DNA of 63,680 nucleotides, filler included, from Octopus bimaculoides (taxonomy: Eukaryota): assembly GCF_001194135.2 (NCBI RefSeq). It is 5 parts of 5 records of this genome, joined end to end, with 100 filler letters (N's around TTAATTAATTAA, not from the genome) between each part and the next. Parts side by side here need not be neighbours in the genome. Positions count along the whole stretch, not along the records: positions 45,459 to 55,441 come from NC_068986.1; positions 55,542 to 63,680 come from NC_069004.1; 3 more parts are not named here. One strand, given 5' to 3'. Positions 55,331-63,680 of the stretch are shown here, piece after piece. The notes beneath the pieces were generated by a model. The model searched no databases, was not told the origin of the DNA, and worked only from the letters and a program-made list of their open reading frames with translations. Each line of letters starts with the position of its first letter. The first letter of the stretch is position 1. A program made the translations under genes and the position numbers.

Positions 55331-55541
55331 GTTGCTGCTGCTGCTGTTCAGTTTTTCTTTCTCTTTTATACGATTGTCACCTGAACACACTATTTCCTTC
55401 CTTTTTTATTCACTCTTATTATTATTATTATTATTATTATTNNNNNNNNNNNNNNNNNNNNNNNNNNNNNNNNNNNNNNNNNNNNTTAATTAATTAANNN
55501 NNNNNNNNNNNNNNNNNNNNNNNNNNNNNNNNNNNNNNNNN

Positions 55542-58500
55542 TTATGAACGTACGTACGTTAATTCATTCGTACGTACTACGCACCTACGTACATATGTGC
55601 TTACGTACGTACGTGCGTTTGATCGTTCTTTCGTTTGTTCATTCGTTCATTCTTTCGTTCATTTGTTCGTACGTACGTTCGTTCGCTCGTTTGTTCGTTC
55701 GTTCGTTCGTTCGTTCATTCTTCCGTTCGTTCATTCAGTCGATCGTTCGTTCATTCGGTCGATCGTTCGTTCGTTCGTTCATTTGTTTGTTTCGTTCGTT
55801 CGTTCTTTCGATCGTTCGTTCGTTCGATCGTTCGTTAGTTCGTACGTACGTTCGTTAGTTCGTACGTACGTTCGTTAGTTCGTACGTTCGTTCGTTCATT
55901 CATTCATACGTATATACATATGTAAAAACGAAAGAACGAACGAACGTATGTATATTCGTAACTACATATGTATGACTGAACGAAGGAACGAACGAGCGTG
56001 CGTTTGTTCGTACGTACATATGTATGAATGAACGAACGAACGAACAAACGTACGTACGTACGAACGAACGAATGCACGTACGTACGTTCGAACGAAGGTA
56101 CGTACGTACGAACGAACGTGCGTCCAAACGAACGATCGTACGTATGAAAAAATGATCGAAGGAAGGAAAGAACGTGCGTACGTAAGTAAGTTCGTACGTA
56201 CGAACGAATAAACGAAAGAAGGAACGTAATTACGAACGAATGAAAGAACGAACATATATATGAATGAACGAACGAACGTACGTACGTAGGAACGTATGCC
56301 AGAACGAACGAACGTACGGACGGACGAACGAACGAACGAATGAAACGAACGAACCAACGACCTAATAAACGAACGTTCCTACGTACGTACGAAAGAACGA
56401 AAGAACTAACGAACGTACGTACGTACGAACGAATGAACGAAAGAACGNNNNNNNNNNNNNNNNNNNNNNNNNNNNNNNNNNNNNNNNNNNNNNNNNNNNN
56501 NNNNNNNNNNNNNNNNNNNNNNNNNNNNNNNNNNNNNNNNNNNNNNNNNNNNNNNNNNNNNNNNNNNNNNNNNNNNNNNNNNNNNNNNNNNNNNNNNNNN
56601 NNNNNNNNNNNNNNNNNNNNNNNNNNNNNNNNNNNNNNNNNNNNNNNNNNNNNNNNNNNNNNNNNNNNNNNNNNNNNNNNNNNNNNNNNNNNNNNNNNNN
56701 NNNNNNNNNNNNNNNNNNNNNNNNNNNNNNNNNNNNNNNNNNNNNNNNNNNNNNNNNNNNNNNNNNNNNNNNNNNNNNNNNNNNNNNNNNNNNNNNNNNN
56801 NNNNNNNNNNNNNNNNNNNNNNNNNNNNNNNNNNNNNNNNNNNNNNNNNNNNNNNNNNNNNNNNNNNNNNNNNNNNNNNNNNNNNNNNNNNNNNNNNNNN
56901 NNNNNNNNNNNNNNNNNNNNNNNNNNNNNNNNNNNNNNNNNNNNNNNNNNNNNNNNNNNNNNNNNNNNNNNNNNNNNNNNNNNNNNNNNNNNNNNNNNNN
57001 NNNNNNNNNNNNNNNNNNNNNNNNNNNNNNNNNNNNNNNNNNNNNNNNNNNNNNNNNNNNNNNNNNNNNNNNNNNNNNNNNNNNNNNNNNNNNNNNNNNN
57101 NNNNNNNNNNNNNNNNNNNNNNNNNNNNNNNNNNNNNNNNNNNNNNNNNNNNNNNNNNNNNNNNNNNNNNNNNNNNNNNNNNNNNNNNNNNNNNNNNNNN
57201 NNNNNNNNNNNNNNNNNNNNNNNNNNNNNNNNNNNNNNNNNNNNNNNNNNNACGTACGTACGAAGGAAAGAACGAAGTAACGAATGAACGTACGTATTTA
57301 CGTACGTAAGAACGAACGAACGATAGAGCGAACGAACGAACGAACTAATGAACGAACGTACGTACGTATGTACGTAAGTACGAACGAACGAAGGTACGTA
57401 CGTAAGTAAGTACGAACGAATGATAGAACGAGCGAAAGATAGAACATAAGAACGAACGAACGTAATTACGTACGTACGAACGAATGTACGTATATAAGTA
57501 CCTACGTACGAACGTATGTCAGAACGAACGCACGTACGGACGGACGAAAGAACGACCGTACGTATGTACGGATTTATGTGCGTAAGTACGCATGTAAGAA
57601 CGAACGAACGAACATAGAAACGGGCGAACGTACGTACAAACGAACGAACGTACGTACGTACGAACGAATGAACGAAAGAACGTACGAAAGAACGAGCGAA
57701 CGAACGAACGAAAGAACGAACGAACGAACGAAAGAACGAACGAACGAACGTTCGAACGAAACAAACAGACGAATAAACGAACGAGCGAAAGAACAAACGA
57801 AGTAACGAAAGAATGGACGAACGAACGATCGAATAAAAGAAAGAACGTACGTACGTACGTATGTACGAACAAACGAAGGAACGAATAAACAAATAAACGT
57901 ACATACGTGGGAACGAACGCATGTGCGAACGAAAGAAAGATCGAACGAAAAACAAACGAACGTACGTACGAACGAACGAACATACGTACATACAAACGTA
58001 CGTAGGAACGAGCGAACGAGCGAATGAACGTACGTACATACGAACGAAAAAACTAACGTACGTCCGTACGTACGAACGAACGAAATTAAGGAACGAACGA
58101 ACAAACGATCTAAAGAACGATTGAACGTATGTACGTACATACGTAAGAATGAAAGTACATACGAATGAATGAAAGTACGAACGATCGAACGAACGAACGA
58201 AGGAAAGAACGAAGTAACGAATGAACATACGTACTTACGTATGTAAGAACGAACGTACGAACGAAAGAACGAACGAACGTACGTACGTACGTTTGTACGT
58301 AAGTACGAACGAACGAAGGTACGCAAGTACGTATGTAAGTAAGAAAGAACGTAAGAACGAACGAACGTAATTACGTACGTACGTACGAACGAACGTACGT
58401 AGGTACGTATATAAGCACCTACGTACGAACGAACGTAAATACGAACTAACGAACGAATGTACGCACGTACGTACGTAGGAACGAACGAACGTACGCACGT

Positions 58501-61500
58501 ATGTACGAACGAACATACGTGCGTACGAACGAATGAACGAAAGAACGTACGAACGAACGTACGAAAGAATGAACGAACGATTGAACGAACGAACGAATGA
58601 TCGTACGGACGAACGAAACAAACGAACGAACGAAAGAACGAACGAACGAACGATCGAACGAAACAAACAAACGATTGAACGAACGAGCGAAAGTACGAAC
58701 GAAATAACGAAAGAATGGATGAACGAACGAACGAGACAACGATCGAGCAAACGAAAGAACGTATGTACGAACAAACGAAGGAACGAATGAACAAACAAAT
58801 GTACGTACGTAGGAACGAACGCATGTGTGAACGAAAGAAAGATCGAACGAAAAAACAAAAGAACGTACGTACGAACGAACGAACGAACGAACGAACGTAC
58901 GTACATACATCCATACGTAGGAACGATCGAATGAGCGAACGAACGTACGTACATACGAAGGAAAGAACTAACGTACGTCCGTACGTAAGAACGAACGAAA
59001 TTAAGGAAAGAACGAACAAACGAACGAAAGAACGATTGAAAGTATGTACGTACATACGTAAGAATGAACGTACGAACGAGCTTACGTACGTACGAATGAA
59101 TGAACATACGTACGTACGAACGATCGAACGAACGAACGAAGGAAAGAATGAAGTAACGAATGAATGTACGTACTAAAGTACGTAAGAACGAACGAACGAT
59201 AGAGCGAACGAACGAACTAATGAACGAACGTACGTACGTATGTACGTATGTACGAACGAACGAAGGTACGTCCGAAGGAACGAACACAGTAACGAACGTA
59301 CGCGCGAACGTAAGAACGTACGTACGTACGTTCGGTCATTCTTATGCACTTACGTTCGTTCGTTCTTTCTTTCGTTCATTCGGTCGTATTTAGTAACGTA
59401 CGTACGTNNNNNNNNNNTCATTCGGTCGTATTTAGTAACGTACGTACGTTCGTTCGTTGGATCGTTCGTACATACTCACTTATGAACGTACGTACGTTAA
59501 TTCATTCGTGCGTACTACGTACCTACGTACATATGTGCGTACGTACGTGCGTTTGATCGTTCTTTCGTTTGTTCATTCGTTCATTCTTTCGTTCATTTGT
59601 TCGTACGTACGTTCGTTCGCTCGTTTGTTCGTTCGTTCGTTCGTTCATTCTTCCGTTCGTTCATTCGGTCGATCGTTCGTTCGTTCGTTCATTTGTTTGT
59701 TTCGTTCGTTCGTTCGTTTGTTCCTTCGTTAGTTTCGTACGTTCGTTCTTTTTTTTCGTTCGTTTGTTCTTTTGATCGTTCTTTCGATCGTTCGTTCGTT
59801 CGATCGTTCGTTAGTTCGTACGTACGTTCGTTAGTTCGTACGTACGTTCGTTAGTTCGTACGTTCGTTCGTTCATTCATTCATACGTATATACATATGTA
59901 AATACGTACGTTCTATCGTTCGTTAGTAGGTTCTTTCGTTCGTTCATTTCGTTGGTAAGCTTGTACATACGTACGAATGAGCGACCGAACGATATGAACG
60001 AACTAACGAACGAACAAACGAAAGAACGAACGAACGTATGTATATTCTTAATTACATATGTATGAATGAACGAACGAACGAACAAACGTACGTACGTACG
60101 AACGAACGAATGCACGTCCGTACGAACGAACGTACGTACGTACGAACGAACGTACGTCCAAACGAACGATCGTACGTATGAAAAAATGATCGAAGGAAGG
60201 AAAGAACGTGCGTAAGTAAGTAAGTTCATACGTACGAAGGAATGAAACGAACGAACGAACGAACGAAGGAAACGAACGAAACAACGACCTAATAAACGAA
60301 CGTACCTACGTACGTACCAAAGAACGAAAGAACTAACGAACGAGGTAACAAACGAACATCCGTACGTAAGTACGGATTTACGTACATAAGTACGTATGTA
60401 AGAACGAACGAACAAAGAAACGGACGAACGTACGTCCAAACGAACGATCGTACGTATGAAAAAATGATCGAAGGAAGGAAAGAACGTGCGTACGTAAGTA
60501 CGTTCGTACGTACGAACGAATAAACGAATGAATGAAAGAACGAATGAAAGAACGAACATATATATGAATGAACGAACGAACGTACGTACGTACGTACGAA
60601 CGTATGCCAGAACGAACGAACGTACGGACGGACGAACGAACGAACGAATGAAACGAACGAACGAACGAATGAAACGAACGAACCAACGACCTAATAAACG
60701 AACGTACCTACGTACGTACGAAAGAACGAAAGAACTAACGAACGAGGTAACAAACGAACGTCCGTACGTATGTACGGATTTACGTACATAAGTACGTATG
60801 TAAGAACGAACGAACGAACGAACGAACGAACGATTGAACGAACGAACGATTGAAAGAACGAACGTACGTTGGTATGAAAAAAAAACGAACGAATAAAGAA
60901 TTGAACGTACGTATGTACGAACGAACAAAAGAACGTACGAAAGAACAAACGAAAGTACATAAGTAGGTACATATGTACGTACGTACGTATGAACGACCGA
61001 ACAAACTAACGAACGTACGCACGTACGTACGAACGAACGAACGAACGTACGCACGTACGAACGAGTGAAAGAAGGAACGTACGAAAGAACGAGCGAACGA
61101 ACGAACAAACTAACGAACGCCCGAACAAAATAACGAACGTACGCACGTACGTAGGAACGAACTAACGTACGAAAGAATGAACGAACGATTGAACGAAAGA
61201 ATGTACGTACGTACGAAAGAACGAACGAACGAACGAACAAACGTACGTGCGTAGGTGCGAAGGAACGAACGAACAAACGAACGAACGAACGAATGATCGT
61301 ACGTACGTACGGAAGAACGAAACAAACGAACGAACGAAAGAACGAACGAACGAAAGAAAGAACGAACGNNNNNNNNNNNNNNNNNNNNNNNNNNNNNNNN
61401 NNNNNNNNNNNNNNNNNNNNNNNNNNNNNNNNNNNNNNNNNNNNNNNNNNNNNNNNNNNNNNNNNNNNNNNNNNNNNNNNNNNNNNNNNNNNNNNNNNNN

Positions 61501-63680
61501 NNNNNNNNNNNNNNNNNNNNNNNNNNNNNNNNNNNNNNNNNNNNNNNNNNNNNNNNNNNNNNNNNNNNNNNNNNNNNNNNNNNNNNNNNNNNNNNNNNNN
61601 NNNNNNNNNNNNNNNNNNNNNNNNNNNNNNNNNNNNNNNNNNNNNNNNNNNNNNNNNNNNNNNNNNNNNNNNNNNNNNNNNNNNNNNNNNNNNNNNNNNN
61701 NNNNNNNNNNNNNNNNNNNNNNNNNNNNNNNNNNNNNNNNNNNNNNNNNNNNNNNNNNNNNNNNNNNNNNNNNNNNNNNNNNNNNNNNNNNNNNNNNNNN
61801 NNNNNNNNNNNNNNNNNNNNNNNNNNNNNNNNNNNNNNNNNNNNNNNNNNNNNNNNNNNNNNNNNNNNNNNNNNNNNNNNNNNNNNNNNNNNNNNNNNNN
61901 NNNNNNNNNNNNNNNNNNNNNNNNNNNNNNNNNNNNNNNNNNNNNNNNNNNNNNNNNNNNNNNNNNNNNNNNNNNNNNNNNNNNNNNNNNNNNNNNNNNN
62001 NNNNNNNNNNNNNNNNNNNNNNNNNNNNNNNNNNNNNNNNNNNNNNNNNNNNNNNNNNNNGTAGATACGTACGAACGAACGAACAAGCGTACGTTCGACG
62101 GAAAAACCGAACGAACGTACGTAGGAACGAACTAACGATTGAACGAACGAACGAACTAACGAAATAAAGTACGTACGTACGAACGAACGAGCGAGCGAAA
62201 GATTGAAAGAACGAATGTACATACGAAAAAAAAACGAACGAACAAAGAAATGAACGCACGTATGTACGAACGAACAAATGAACGAAAGAACGATCGAACG
62301 AACGAACGTAGGTATGTATCTACGTCCGAACGAGCGTACGTACGTAGGTACATATGTACGTACGAACGAACGACCAAAGTAACGAACGTACGCGCGTACG
62401 TACGAATGTACGTACGTACGTTCGGTCATTCTTATGCACTTACGTTCGTTCGTTCTTTCTTTCGTTCATTCGGTCGTATTTAGTAACGTACGTACGTTCG
62501 TTCGGTCGATCGTTCGTACATACTTACTTATGAACGTACGTACGTTAATTCTTTCGTACGTACTACGTAACTACGTACATATGTGCTTACGTACGTACGT
62601 GCGTTTGATCGTTCTTTCGTTTGTTCATTCGTTCATTCTTTCGTTCATTTGTTCGTACGTACGTTCGTTCGCTCGTTTGTTCGTTCATTCTTCCGTTCGT
62701 TCATTCTTCAATTCGTTCATTCGGTCGATCGTTCGTTCGTTCGTTCATTTGTTTGTTTCGTTCGTTCGTTCGTTTGTTCCTTCGTTAGTTTCGTACGTTC
62801 GATCGTACGTACGTTCGTTCTTTTTTTTCGTTCGTTTGTTCTTTTGTTCGTTCTTTCGATCGGTCGTTCGTTCGATCGTTCGTTAGTTCGTACGTACGTT
62901 CGTTAGTTCGTACGTTCGTTCGTTCATTCATTCATACGTATATACATACGTAAATACGTACGTTCTATCGTTCGTTAGTAGGTTCTTTCGTTCGTTCATT
63001 TCGTTGGTAAGCTTGTACATACGTACGAATGAGCGACCGAACGATATGAACGAACTAACGAACGAACAAACGAAAGAGCGAACGAACGTATGTATATTCG
63101 TAATTACATATGTATGAATGATCGAAGGAACGAACGAGCGTGCGTATGTTCGTGCGTACATATGTATGAATGAACGAACGAACGAACAAACGTACGTACG
63201 TACGAACGAACGAATGCATGTCCGTACGAACGAACGTACGTACGTTCGAACGAAGATACGTACGTACGAATGAACGTATGTCCAAACGAACGATCGTACG
63301 TATGAAAAAATGATCGAAGGAAGGAAAGAACGTGCGTACGTAAGTAAGTTCGTACGTACGAACGAATAAACGAAAGAAGGAACGTAACTACGAACGAATG
63401 AAAGAACGAACATATATATGAATGAACGAACGAACGTACGTACGTACGTACGAACGTATGCCAGAAAGAACGAACGTAGGGACGGACGAACGAACGAACG
63501 AATGAAACGAACGAACGAACGAATGAAACGAACGAACGAACGAATGAAACGAACGAACGAACGAATGAAACGAACGAACCAACGACCTAATAAACGAACG
63601 TACCTACGTACGTACGAAAGAACGAAAGAACTAACGAACGAGGTAACAAACGAACGTCCGTACGTATGTACGGATTTACG
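55542..63680. repeat. CpG-rich complex tetranucleotide satellite (AACG/TACG/AAAG/AATG mix) with inverted blocks and higher-order repeat
   Basis: Continuous array to the window end. Polarity switches near 55905, 59330, 59900, 62420 and 62950; landmark words recur at 3-4 kb spacing. Confidence 0.95.

Noticed and set aside
55544-63582. Very long ORFs (up to 774 aa) of FVRS/TNER/YVRT repeats
   Set aside because: Translations of a stop-poor tetranucleotide satellite, often running through N gaps.

Overview
Eukaryotic, AT-rich, microsatellite-dense draft sequence. The SINE families and repeat landscape look like an octopus or other coleoid cephalopod (inference, not verified). I cannot support any intact host protein-coding gene, rRNA, true tRNA or CRISPR array. 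Four identical 100-bp spacers (44 N + TTAATTAATTAA + 44 N) show that the window is five joined scaffolds, so adjacency across 16.7, 39.2, 45.4 and 55.5 kb is uncertain. Contents: two tRNA-derived SINE families; decayed LINEs (three RTE-clade copies, five R4/Dong-clade segments in or next to (TAA)n, and a Tx1/L1-like element interrupted by an RTE); Penelope-like (GIY-YIG) retroelement fragments; Helitron-like non-autonomous elements; and more than 8 kb of CpG-rich (AACG/TACG)n satellite with strand-inverted blocks and a 3-4 kb higher-order repeat. The most notable hidden signal is five minimal type I hammerhead ribozyme motifs with palindromic stem III (dimer type). One (23701-23793, minus) has a canonical core, three others lie at or near Penelope-like ends, and one sits inside a tRNA-SINE-like element. 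All structures were read by eye; nothing was computed or searched.
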